Positions 1 to 7,883 of a stretch of 24,000 nucleotides of DNA are shown here, in pieces (positions within the stretch are counted from its first letter, which is position 1; the number at the start of each line of letters is the position of its first letter). A program made the translations under genes and the position numbers. Source of the stretch: Aquificaceae bacterium (lineage in GTDB: Bacteria > Aquificota > Aquificia > Aquificales > Aquificaceae); NCBI GenBank assembly GCA_027014155.1, contig JALWEG010000017.1:1-24000 (forward strand), read 5' to 3'. Below the pieces are notes generated by a model. The model did no database searches and had not been told where the DNA came from. It saw only the letters and a list, made by a program, of their open reading frames with translations.

Positions 1-76
1 TATCAATCTCGTCCTCGTGAATTGCGTTAAAGAACATGTTGGCAACCTTCTGAACGTCGTTGGGTCTTATCAACAT
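1..76 (-). CDS. 5' end (first 25 codons) of an unidentified CDS that runs off the left edge
   Basis: Own minus-strand translation gives ATG at 76..74 and MLIRPNDVQKVANMFFNAIHEDEID..., open to position 1. GAGGAGG (complement of 87-93) lies 10 nt upstream. The fragment is too short to assign a family. It is absent from the ORF track because fewer than 60 aa lie in the window. Confidence 0.4.
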   Translation of the reverse strand, partial: MLIRPNDVQKVANMFFNAIHEDEID

Positions 77-150
77 CTGAACGAAACCTCCTCAGGGATT
101 TGAGTTAAAGATACTTTTAGCATCAATGTAAGTAAATGATTGCTGTCATA

Positions 151-249
151 AATTTGAAACCTGCACGGCGAAATTTCAAAACCACATTCGGGTGTTAAAT
201 TAACAGGGTTTTAACGTTAAATAAGGCTATTGTATTCACACGCTTCACA
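151..249. promoter_or_regulatory. Cluster of dyad and direct repeats in the divergent intergenic region upstream of copB (candidate operator sites)
   Basis: AAATTTGAAACC (151-161) is repeated as AAATTTCAAAACC (171-183). Their cores TTTGAAA and TTTCAAA are reverse complements. GTTAA-A-TTAAC (194-204) and TTAACGTTAA (211-220) are perfect palindromes. TTCACA-CGC-TTCACA is a direct repeat (235-249). All were read directly from the sequence. No cognate regulator gene was recognised in the window. Confidence 0.3.
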
Positions 250-259
250 GCTTTATTAT
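230..259 (+). promoter_or_regulatory. Putative sigma70-type promoter for copB
   Basis: TTGTAT (230-235), an 18-nt spacer, then TATTAT (254-259), about 58 nt upstream of the copB ATG. Alternative -35-like TTCACA hexamers overlap the spacer. The call rests on pattern match only. Confidence 0.25.
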
Positions 260-271
260 CTATGTAGTAAC

Positions 272-309
272 TTTTTCAGGAAGCCCTCTTGAGCCTCCTG
301 AAAGGAGGT
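272..309 (+). promoter_or_regulatory. copB 5' leader with two mutually exclusive hairpins, one of which sequesters the Shine-Dalgarno
   Basis: Stem A pairs TTTCAGGA (274-281) with TCCTGAAA (296-303): 8 bp with a 14-nt loop. Stem B pairs CCTCC (294-298) with the SD GGAGG (304-308): 5 bp with a 5-nt loop. The two stems share bases 296-303. The copB ATG is at 317. Confidence 0.3.
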
Positions 310-316
310 AGTTGTT

Positions 317-2428
317 ATGACGCAACACATGGAGCACGGCGGGCACCATCACCACGGTATGCACGGCGCGGTCAAAGGACGGCGCTCCCATTCCGAACAT
401 GACCACAGCGTCCATAAAGGCATGCACACCTCCCGTTCCGAGCACAAAGCTCAGCACGAAGGACATCAAGGTGGACATTCTGGACACCACATTCGGGAGA
501 TAAAGGTAAAGGCGATAGTGTCTTCGGTATTAACTCTGCCTGTGGTTCTTTACTCGGAAAGCATTCAGGAACTTTTGGGATTTAATATGCCCTCCTTCCC
601 CGGAAGTCAGTGGATTGCGCCGGTTCTTGCCACCTTTGTATTCTTCTACGGCGGGCTTTTCTTCCTCAAGGGAATGCTGGAAGAGCTGAAGCTGAGAAAA
701 CCCGGTATGATGACCCTTATAGGGGTTGCCATATCCGTTGCCTTTCTGTACAGCCTATCAACCCTAATTTTCGGCGGAAAGGAGTTCTTCTGGGAACTTA
801 CCACCCTGATAGTGGTTATGCTCTGGGGACACTGGATAGAGATGAAGTCCGTCTTGGGTGCCTCAAGGGCTTTGGAGGAGTTAGTCAAGCTGATGCCAAC
901 CCAGGCCAACCTCATAAAGGGCGAGCAGCTAATTCAGGTTCACGTATCCGAGCTAAAACCGGGCGACTTAGTTTTAGTAAAACCCGGTGAGAAGATTCCC
1001 GCGGACGGCGTGATAATTGAAGGCTCCACCCACGTGAACGAATCTATGCTAACGGGGGAATCAAAGCCGGTTCCCAAGGGTGAGGGAGACAAGGTCATAG
1101 GCGGCGCCCTGAACATGGAAGGAGCCATAAAGGTAAGGATACAGAGGACGGGGGAGGAGACCTACCTACATCAGGTTTTGAACCTCGTAAAGGAGGCTCA
1201 GGAGTCCAAAACCAAGCTCCAGGATATGGCAGACAGGGTGGCCTTTTATCTAACATTAATAGCCCTCGGTGTAGGAGGACTTTCCTTCTTAGTCTGGCTG
1301 CACCTCTCCGGGGACGCGCAGTTTGCCGTGGAGAGGGCCGTCACTGTCATGGTTATAGCCTGTCCCCATGCCTTGGGACTTGCCATTCCCTTGGTGGTAG
1401 CCTTCTCAACCTCTTACTCGGCAAAGCACGGAATTTTGGTTAGAAACAGACTCGCCTTAGAAACCGTAAAGGATATTGATGCTGTTATGTTTGATAAGAC
1501 AGGAACTCTAACGGAAGGGAGGTTTGGAGTCTCCGACGTTGTCTCGGAGAATCTGAAGGAAGAGGATTTTTTAAGGCTCGTTGCAAGTGTGGAAGTGAAC
1601 TCGGAACACGTTATAGCCAAGGCTATCGTTGAGGAAGCTGAAAAAAGGGGTTTAACTTTGGCAAAGGTGGAGGACTTTAGGGCCGTTCCCGGAAAGGGTA
1701 TCATCGGCAGGGTGGAAGGTAGGGAAGTTGCGGTAGGAACGGCGCTCCTTATGAGAGAGATAAACGCTCAGGAGAACGATAGTGTGCTTACCAAGGTGAG
1801 GGAGTTAGAGTCTCAGGGGAAAACCGTTGTCCTCTGTACTGTGGACGGTAAGGTAGAAGGCTGCGTGGCACTCTCGGACAGGATACGCAAGGAGTCTTAT
1901 CAAGCCATCAAGGAACTAAAAGCTCTCGGGAAGAAGGTGGTGATGATAACGGGAGACTCCGAGGAGGTGGCCAAGTTCGTGGCCAAGGAGCTGGGTGTTG
2001 ATGAGGTGTTCGCTCGGGTGCTTCCTCACCAGAAGGCCGAGAAGGTAAAGGAGCTTCAGAAGAGGGGAATGAAGGTGGCTATGGTGGGAGACGGGGTTAA
2101 CGATGCTCCGGCTCTTGCTACCGCGGACGTAGGTATAGCTATAGGCTCAGGAACGGACGTTGCCGTAGAGAGTGCTGACATAGTACTCGTGAAGAACAAT
2201 CCCTTAGACGTGGTTAGGATAATAAGGCTCTCGGTCATAACGGTAAAGAAGATGGTTCAAAACCTCTTCTGGGCCGCCGGCTACAACGTTTTCACCATAC
2301 CCTTAGCCGCCGGCGTAGCCTACCCGTGGGGGATAGTCTTAAAGCCCGCGGTCGGTGCCGTGTTCATGAGTGCAAGCACGGTTGTAGTTGCGATAAACGC
2401 TCTCTTGATGAGGAGGAGCTTGAGATGA
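317..2428 (+). CDS. copB: Copper-translocating P1B-type ATPase, CopB-like (P1B-3 subgroup) with a His-rich N-terminal extension
   Basis: 703-aa ORF with GGAGG 8 nt upstream. P-type motifs present: TGES, DKTGTLT (D393), GDGVNDAPAL. Transmembrane metal-site motifs are CPH (C349-P350-H351) in ACPHALGLAIP, GYN....P and MSASTVVVAINA, which fit the P1B-3/CopB signature rather than CPC. The first 58 residues contain 18 His and no CxxC HMA domain. Confidence 0.95.
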   Translation: MTQHMEHGGHHHHGMHGAVKGRRSHSEHDHSVHKGMHTSRSEHKAQHEGHQGGHSGHHIREIKVKAIVSSVLTLPVVLYSESIQELLGFNMPSFPGSQWIAPVLATFVFFYGGLFFLKGMLEELKLRKPGMMTLIGVAISVAFLYSLSTLIFGGKEFFWELTTLIVVMLWGHWIEMKSVLGASRALEELVKLMPTQANLIKGEQLIQVHVSELKPGDLVLVKPGEKIPADGVIIEGSTHVNESMLTGESKPVPKGEGDKVIGGALNMEGAIKVRIQRTGEETYLHQVLNLVKEAQESKTKLQDMADRVAFYLTLIALGVGGLSFLVWLHLSGDAQFAVERAVTVMVIACPHALGLAIPLVVAFSTSYSAKHGILVRNRLALETVKDIDAVMFDKTGTLTEGRFGVSDVVSENLKEEDFLRLVASVEVNSEHVIAKAIVEEAEKRGLTLAKVEDFRAVPGKGIIGRVEGREVAVGTALLMREINAQENDSVLTKVRELESQGKTVVLCTVDGKVEGCVALSDRIRKESYQAIKELKALGKKVVMITGDSEEVAKFVAKELGVDEVFARVLPHQKAEKVKELQKRGMKVAMVGDGVNDAPALATADVGIAIGSGTDVAVESADIVLVKNNPLDVVRIIRLSVITVKKMVQNLFWAAGYNVFTIPLAAGVAYPWGIVLKPAVGAVFMSASTVVVAINALLMRRSLR

Positions 2429-2429
2429 T

Positions 2430-2768
2430 TTACCTCTTTTTTAATACGGCCTCTTCAAGCCTTTCCACCCTTCTTTCAAGGTCTATTTTGTCTTCCAGTT
2501 TGGTTATAAGCCTGACCACCTCAAGGAGCATTCTGAACATTTCCGACAGTTTCTCTTCGCTTCTGAGCTGGTTATCCTTAAGCTCTTTCACCCCTTTGAG
2601 AAGATTTGAACTCATAGCCTCAAGGGCAGAGAGGCGTTCTTTCACATCTTCAAGCTCGTTTAAATCCTCACTTAAGGTTGAGACATTCTTTTCTAAATTC
2701 TCAAGCTTAGCTTTCAGTTCCTTTATCTCCGGAGAGAGCCAGTTTCTTATCTCCTCAAATACACCCAT
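2430..2768 (-). CDS. Hypothetical 112-aa soluble coiled-coil protein
   Basis: E/K/L-rich heptad-type sequence (…EIKELKAKLENLEKNVSTLSEDLNELEDVKERLSALE…RRVERLEEAVLKKR). It has no TM segment, no signal peptide and no Cys or His. The overlapping plus-strand ORF (2326-2805) is the Ser/Phe/Leu-rich mirror typical of the antisense of a coiled-coil gene. There is no SD. A leaderless-type promoter geometry is present: TTACCA, 18 nt, TATATT, 7 nt, ATG. No family was recognised. Confidence 0.7.
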   Translation of the reverse strand: MGVFEEIRNWLSPEIKELKAKLENLEKNVSTLSEDLNELEDVKERLSALEAMSSNLLKGVKELKDNQLRSEEKLSEMFRMLLEVVRLITKLEDKIDLERRVERLEEAVLKKR

Positions 2769-2798
2769 AAAGATGAATATAACACGGAGGAATAGCAG

Positions 2799-5700
2799 AT
2801 GGTAAAGCTGACGGAATTTCTCATAAGGAACCGCCTTGCGGTAGTATTCCTCACTGTTTTCCTCTTCTTTTACGGGTTCTACTCTCTAAAGAAGACACCC
2901 ATAGACGCCATTCCGGACCTGTCGGACGTGCAGGTGATAGTTTATGCCAAGTGGATTGGACAGGTACCTCAGGTTATAGAAGACCAGCTTACCTACCCCC
3001 TCGTTACCAATATGATGGGCGTTCCCAAGGTAAAAACGGTCAGAGGATACTCGGTTCCCAACTACTCTCTGGTATTTATCATCTTTGAGGACGGGACAGA
3101 CCTATACTGGGCGCGCTCGCGGGTTCTTGAGAAACTGGCAACCATAAGGGGGCAACTGCCCAAGGAGGCCGACATACAGCTGGGTCCCGATGCGACTGGT
3201 GTTGGCTGGGTGTATCAGTACGCCCTCGTGTCCAAGACGAGAACCCTTGACGAGCTGTGGGCTCTGCAGAACTTCTACGTCAAGTACGCCCTGCTTTCGG
3301 TTCCCGACGTGTCCGAGGTGGCTTCCGTAGGCGGCTTTGAGAAGGAGTACAGAGTTCTGGTAAAACCGGAGAAGCTTTACCAGTACAGACTTTCCCTCAA
3401 AGATGTTTACAGGGCGGTCAAGAGGTCAAACATAGAGCGGGGAGGTAAGTACGTAGAGATAAACGAGCGTGAGTTCCTGCTCAGGGCAGTGGGATACGCT
3501 CAAACGAAGGAAGACCTTGAGAACACGGTAATAGCCGACAGACACGGGGTTCCCATACGCGTAAAGGACGTGGCTAAGGTTGTAGAAACACCTGCCTTCA
3601 GAATGGGAGTTGCGGACTACAACGGTATGGGGGACACGGTAGGCGGAATAGTGGTCATGAGGTTCGGAGCGGACGCCTACAAGGTCATAAAGAACGTAAA
3701 GGCCAAGGTGGAAGAGATAAAGAAGGGACTTCCGCCCGACGTGGAGATAGTCCCCGTCTACGACAGGTCAACCCTGATAGAGAGGGCTATAGAGACCCTA
3801 AAGAGTAAGCTGATAGAGGAGTCTATAGTCGTAATCCTAATCATCTCAATATTCCTCTTCCACTTCAGAAGCTCTTTGGTGATACTCGTATTCCTCGTGG
3901 TATCTCTCCTTGCCACCTTCATCACCATGAACCACTTGGGGATTACCTCTAACATAATGTCCTTGGGAGGCATAGCCATAGCCATAGGGACTATGGTGGA
4001 CGCGGCTATAGTCCTGATAGAGAACGTCCACCGGCGGAGGGAAGAGGGCGAAGAGCTCGTAGAGGCGGTAATCCATTCCGCGAGGGACGTGGGCAAGCCC
4101 ATATTCTTGGCTCTCCTGATAGTGACCGTATCCTTCGTTCCACTCTTTGCCCTTGAAGGACAGGCGGGGAGGCTCTTTAAACCTCTGGTGGCCACTAAGA
4201 CCCTCTCCATGGTGGTGGCGGCCATAATCTCGGTGGTGATAGTTCCCGTTCTCATATACTACCTCGTCAGGGGAAGGATACCGCCTGAGGAAAAGAATCC
4301 CATAGTTAGGATTCTCATAAAGCTATACTCTCCCTTCTTCCACGTCGCGGTAAAGCTGAGGTATTTGGTTTTGGTTCTTACCCTAATCGTGGGAGCCTCA
4401 ACCGTCTATCTTTACGAGAAGCTGGGCAGGGAGTTCATGCCACCCCTGAACGAGGGAACTCTCCTTTACATGCCCACCACGGTTCCAAGTCTCTCAAGGG
4501 TTGAGGCTTTGAGGATTATCAACATACAGGATAGGATTCTCGCTCAGTTCCCGGAGGTTGAAAGCGTATTCGGTAAGGCGGGGCGCGCCGAGACCGCAAC
4601 CGACCCCGCGCCCATATCCATGATAGAGACCTTCATAACCCTCAAACCCGAAGAGGAGTGGCGAAAGGTAAAGGAGGAACGCTTTTACTCCAACTGGAAC
4701 ATACCCGAAGGCTTAAAGAATCTGCTGAGAAAGGTATTTCCGGAAGAGAGACCTATATCCTACACGGAGCTTATAAGGGAGATGGACAAGGCCATATCCA
4801 TGCCCGGGCTCTCCAATATGTGGACTATGCCCATAAAGGGAAGGATTGACATGATTACCACCGGAATACAGACCCCCTTGGGCATAAAGATATACGGGGA
4901 CGACATAAGAAAGCTCAACAAGGTGGCTCAGGAGATAGAGCAGACCTTGAAGGGAACCGAGGGGATAATGAGCATATTCGGGGAGCGTTCCGCAAACGCC
5001 AGCTACATAGAGATAAGACCCAAGAGGGAAGCTTTGGACAGATACGGGCTTACGGTGGAGGATGTGAACGGTGCCATAGCGAGCCTTTTCGCCAACTCGC
5101 CCGTATCGGTCATGGTGCTGGGAAGGGAGAGATACAACATAACCCTCGGGGTGCCCATAGACTACAGGTACGACCTTGAGAACCTCATGCTTCCCCTCAA
5201 GGGCAAACTCGTTCCCCTTTCCGCCGTGGCGGATATAGTCAGAACGGAAAGCCCCATAAGCATAAAGTCCGAAAACGGACTCTTAACCAGCTACGTCTTT
5301 ATAACCCCCTCGCCGGACACGGACATGGGAACGGTGATAGCCCGCGCTGAGAAAATCCTCAAAGAGAGCTTGGAGCTTCCCAAGGGCTACTACTACGAGT
5401 GGAGCGGACAGTTTGAGTATTGGAAAAAGGCCCTTGAGAACCTGAAGGTGATAATCCCTGTCGTGGTCTTGATGATAGTTCTGCTGGTCTATTTCACCTT
5501 CAACAAGCTCTTTGAGACCTTTCTGGTTCTGCTCACGCTCCCCATAGCCACCTTCGGCGGAGTTTTGCTCATGTATATCCTTGACTACAACATATCCATA
5601 GCCTCCATAGCCGGCTTCTTGGCTCTGCTGGGCATAGCGGCAGAGATGGGAATAGTTATGGTGGTCTATATACAGAACGCTCTGCTCCACCACGCCACCG

Positions 5701-5975
5701 AGGAGGGCGGACAACTTAAGTCTAAAGAAGAGGCCTTTGAAGCCATATACGAGGGCGCGGTTAAGAGAATCAGACCCATATCCATGACCTTCTCGGCGAT
5801 ACTTCTGGGGCTTATACCCATAATGATGGGACACGGGACAGGGGGGGAGGTTATGTCAAGGATAGCCGCTCCCATGGTGGGCGGCGTTCTTTCTACCTTC
5901 GTTATAGTTCTCCTCTTCGTGCCGGCTCTGTATGCGATATACGTGGAGCTTTCAATGAGAAAAGCGAACCGGTGA
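2799..5975 (+). CDS. cusA: CusA/CzcA-family heavy-metal efflux RND inner-membrane pump (Cu(I)/Ag(I) type)
   Basis: 1058 aa with GGAGG (2786-2790) 8 nt upstream. The N-terminal region closely tracks E. coli CusA as I recall it (PIDAIPDLSDVQVIV…TVRG…IIFEDGTDLYWARSRVLE…GPDATGVGWVYQYAL). The motifs that hold the CusA methionine triad are present: LLYM(558)P, PISM(608)IE, WTM(677)PIKGRIDM. The multi-TM RND architecture is present. Confidence 0.95.
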   Translation: MVKLTEFLIRNRLAVVFLTVFLFFYGFYSLKKTPIDAIPDLSDVQVIVYAKWIGQVPQVIEDQLTYPLVTNMMGVPKVKTVRGYSVPNYSLVFIIFEDGTDLYWARSRVLEKLATIRGQLPKEADIQLGPDATGVGWVYQYALVSKTRTLDELWALQNFYVKYALLSVPDVSEVASVGGFEKEYRVLVKPEKLYQYRLSLKDVYRAVKRSNIERGGKYVEINEREFLLRAVGYAQTKEDLENTVIADRHGVPIRVKDVAKVVETPAFRMGVADYNGMGDTVGGIVVMRFGADAYKVIKNVKAKVEEIKKGLPPDVEIVPVYDRSTLIERAIETLKSKLIEESIVVILIISIFLFHFRSSLVILVFLVVSLLATFITMNHLGITSNIMSLGGIAIAIGTMVDAAIVLIENVHRRREEGEELVEAVIHSARDVGKPIFLALLIVTVSFVPLFALEGQAGRLFKPLVATKTLSMVVAAIISVVIVPVLIYYLVRGRIPPEEKNPIVRILIKLYSPFFHVAVKLRYLVLVLTLIVGASTVYLYEKLGREFMPPLNEGTLLYMPTTVPSLSRVEALRIINIQDRILAQFPEVESVFGKAGRAETATDPAPISMIETFITLKPEEEWRKVKEERFYSNWNIPEGLKNLLRKVFPEERPISYTELIREMDKAISMPGLSNMWTMPIKGRIDMITTGIQTPLGIKIYGDDIRKLNKVAQEIEQTLKGTEGIMSIFGERSANASYIEIRPKREALDRYGLTVEDVNGAIASLFANSPVSVMVLGRERYNITLGVPIDYRYDLENLMLPLKGKLVPLSAVADIVRTESPISIKSENGLLTSYVFITPSPDTDMGTVIARAEKILKESLELPKGYYYEWSGQFEYWKKALENLKVIIPVVVLMIVLLVYFTFNKLFETFLVLLTLPIATFGGVLLMYILDYNISIASIAGFLALLGIAAEMGIVMVVYIQNALLHHATEEGGQLKSKEEAFEAIYEGAVKRIRPISMTFSAILLGLIPIMMGHGTGGEVMSRIAAPMVGGVLSTFVIVLLFVPALYAIYVELSMRKANR

Positions 5976-5980
5976 TACCC

Positions 5981-7861
5981 TCAGGTGCGCCTGTCTAAGA
6001 GGTGTTCCATCACCGCCCTCTTTATACCCTCCCAGTCTATTCCCACCTGTGCCCTCAGAATGGACTGGGCCCCATGCTCTATGAAGCGGTCGGGTATGCC
6101 GAGGCATACCACCCTCTTAAATATCCCTCTGCTGGACAGGAACTCCAGAACCGCCGAGCCGAATCCTCCCAATACGGCGTTATCCTCAACCGTTATGAAG
6201 CTCTCATACCTGTTTGCAAGCTCCATGAGGAGATTATCGTCCAGAGGCTTCACGAATCTCGCGTTGACCACGCCGGCCTTTATGCCCTCCTTTCTAAGCT
6301 CCTCGGCGGCTCTTAGGGCGTCGTAAACCGGATTGCCCACCGCCAGCACCACAACGTCCTCACCCGGCAGAAGCTCTTCCCAGCTCCCTATCTCTATCCG
6401 ATTGAAACCTTCTACACTTACACCCTTGGCAGTGCCCCTGGGATACCTGATGAAGAACGGCCTCTGGCTGTTTATAGCCGTATAGAGCAGGTCCCTGAGT
6501 TCTTGGTCGTCCTTGGGTGCGGATATGACCACGTTGGGAACGCATCTTAAGAAGGAAAGGTCAAAGACTCCGTGATGGGTGGGACCGTCGTCCCCCACGA
6601 GACCTGCCCTATCTATGGCGAAGGTAACGGGCAGATTCTGGAGAGCTACGTCGTGGATAACCTGGTCGTAAGCCCTCTGTAGGAAGGTAGAGTAGTAGGC
6701 GGCTACGGGCTTCATACCCTCACAGGCCAGTCCTGCGGCGAAGGTGGCGGCATGCTGTTCGGCTATACCCACGTCAAAGAACCTATCGGGAAACCTCTCT
6801 GCAAACTTGGCCAATCCGGAACCTTCCCTCATGGCAGGGGTTATCACCACCACCTTATCGTCCATCTGGGCCAGCTCAACTATCGCGTTGCCAAAGACGG
6901 AGGTCCAGGTGGGCAGGGAGCTTTTCTTTATAATCTCCCCTGACTCTATCTTGTAGGGGGCTACCCCGTGCCACTTTACCGGATTCTCTTCCGCCGGCTT
7001 GTAGCCTTTGCCCTTCTTGGTTAGGACGTGGATAAGAACGGGACCCTTTATATCCTTGGCGTTCTTAAAGGTGGTTTCCAGAGCCTCCAAGTCGTGTCCG
7101 TCTATGACACCTATGTAATTGAAGCCAAGCTCCTCAAAGATTACCCCCGGAGATATGAGTCCCTTCATGAATTCCTCTGTTAATTTCATAATTCTCAGGG
7201 GGGTTTCGCCCATGTGCTGTAGGAAGTTCTTGATTTTCTGGCGGGTCTCTTGAACGAAGTGGCCGCTTATCACCTTGTTGAGGTAGGTGGATATGGCTCC
7301 TATGTTGGGAGATATGGACATCTCGTTATCGTTGAGAACCACTATAAACCTGTCCGGCCTTATGTGGCCAGCGTTGTTCAGGGCCTCAAAGGCCATGCCC
7401 GCTGTCATGGCACCGTCGCCTATTACAGCCAAAGTCCAAGAGTCGTCTCCCTTCAGGTCTTTGCCTACCCTGAAGCCCAGGGCGGCGGATATTGAAGTGG
7501 AGCTGTGCCCCGCGCCGAAGGCATCGTAAAGGCTCTCTTCCCTTCTAAGAAAGCCGGAAATCCCCTTGTACTTCCTGAGGGTTGGGAAGGCTTCCTTTCT
7601 GTCGGTCAAAATCTTCCACGGGTAGGCCTGGTGTCCTATGTCCCAAACTATGACGTCCTTGGGCGGTTCAAAGACCCTGAGCAGGGATATGGTCAGCTCC
7701 ACCACGCCCAGGCCCGGAGCCACGTGCCCCCCGTTTCGGGAAGCCACCTTGATTATGTAGTCCCTTACCTCTTGAGCGAGCTTTTTCAGCTCCTCTTTGG
7801 TGAGATACTTTATGTCTATAGGGCCCGAATAGCCCTTTAGAATCTCATAACCTTCAAGCAT
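5981..7861 (-). CDS. dxs: 1-deoxy-D-xylulose-5-phosphate synthase
   Basis: 626 aa with a classic DXS N-terminus (…NGGHVAPGLGVVELT…WDIGHQAYPWKILTDR…) and the ThDP motif GDGAMTAGMAFEALN…NDN. Transketolase-like pyrimidine-binding and C-terminal domains are present. Confidence 0.97.
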   Translation of the reverse strand: MLEGYEILKGYSGPIDIKYLTKEELKKLAQEVRDYIIKVASRNGGHVAPGLGVVELTISLLRVFEPPKDVIVWDIGHQAYPWKILTDRKEAFPTLRKYKGISGFLRREESLYDAFGAGHSSTSISAALGFRVGKDLKGDDSWTLAVIGDGAMTAGMAFEALNNAGHIRPDRFIVVLNDNEMSISPNIGAISTYLNKVISGHFVQETRQKIKNFLQHMGETPLRIMKLTEEFMKGLISPGVIFEELGFNYIGVIDGHDLEALETTFKNAKDIKGPVLIHVLTKKGKGYKPAEENPVKWHGVAPYKIESGEIIKKSSLPTWTSVFGNAIVELAQMDDKVVVITPAMREGSGLAKFAERFPDRFFDVGIAEQHAATFAAGLACEGMKPVAAYYSTFLQRAYDQVIHDVALQNLPVTFAIDRAGLVGDDGPTHHGVFDLSFLRCVPNVVISAPKDDQELRDLLYTAINSQRPFFIRYPRGTAKGVSVEGFNRIEIGSWEELLPGEDVVVLAVGNPVYDALRAAEELRKEGIKAGVVNARFVKPLDDNLLMELANRYESFITVEDNAVLGGFGSAVLEFLSSRGIFKRVVCLGIPDRFIEHGAQSILRAQVGIDWEGIKRAVMEHLLDRRT

Positions 7862-7883
7862 AATAAAAGAATTTAATTCTTTC

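Noticed and set aside
77-316. Possible tRNA or small RNA gene in the only long intergenic region
   Set aside because: I could not fold a cloverleaf or find conserved tRNA boxes (GTTCRANNC, TAGC-type D-loop). The region is better explained as a bidirectional promoter/operator plus the copB leader. An sRNA cannot be excluded without expression data.
260-490. 76-aa minus-strand ORF across the copB start
   Set aside because: It lies antisense to the His-rich copB N-terminus (CAC/CAT codons read backwards as Val/Met). It runs through the copB SD and leader, and has no RBS and no recognisable motif.
2435-2442. T-run just after the copB stop as an intrinsic terminator
   Set aside because: The T-run is simply the complement of the AAA AAG AGG (KKR) C-terminal codons of the opposite gene. 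The only upstream pairing (GAGG/CCTC) is 4 bp with a large loop, so it is not a credible terminator.
2430-2768. The coiled-coil protein as a degenerate CusB-like membrane-fusion protein supplying the missing RND adaptor
   Set aside because: It is on the wrong strand and is only 112 aa. It has no signal peptide or lipobox and no beta-barrel or lipoyl-like segments. A coiled coil alone is not diagnostic.
2326-2805. 159-aa plus-strand ORF bridging copB and cusA (Ser/Leu/Phe-rich)
   Set aside because: It is the antisense mirror of the E/K/L-rich coiled-coil gene and has low-complexity composition. It starts inside copB in another frame and has no SD. The minus-strand reading is far more protein-like.
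3758-5875. Minus-strand ORFs inside cusA (165, 76, 183 and 69 aa)
   Set aside because: They are fully embedded antisense in a strongly supported RND pump gene. Their compositions are odd (Tyr/Gly/His-rich or Thr/Ser/Ile-rich). No SD or family signature is present.
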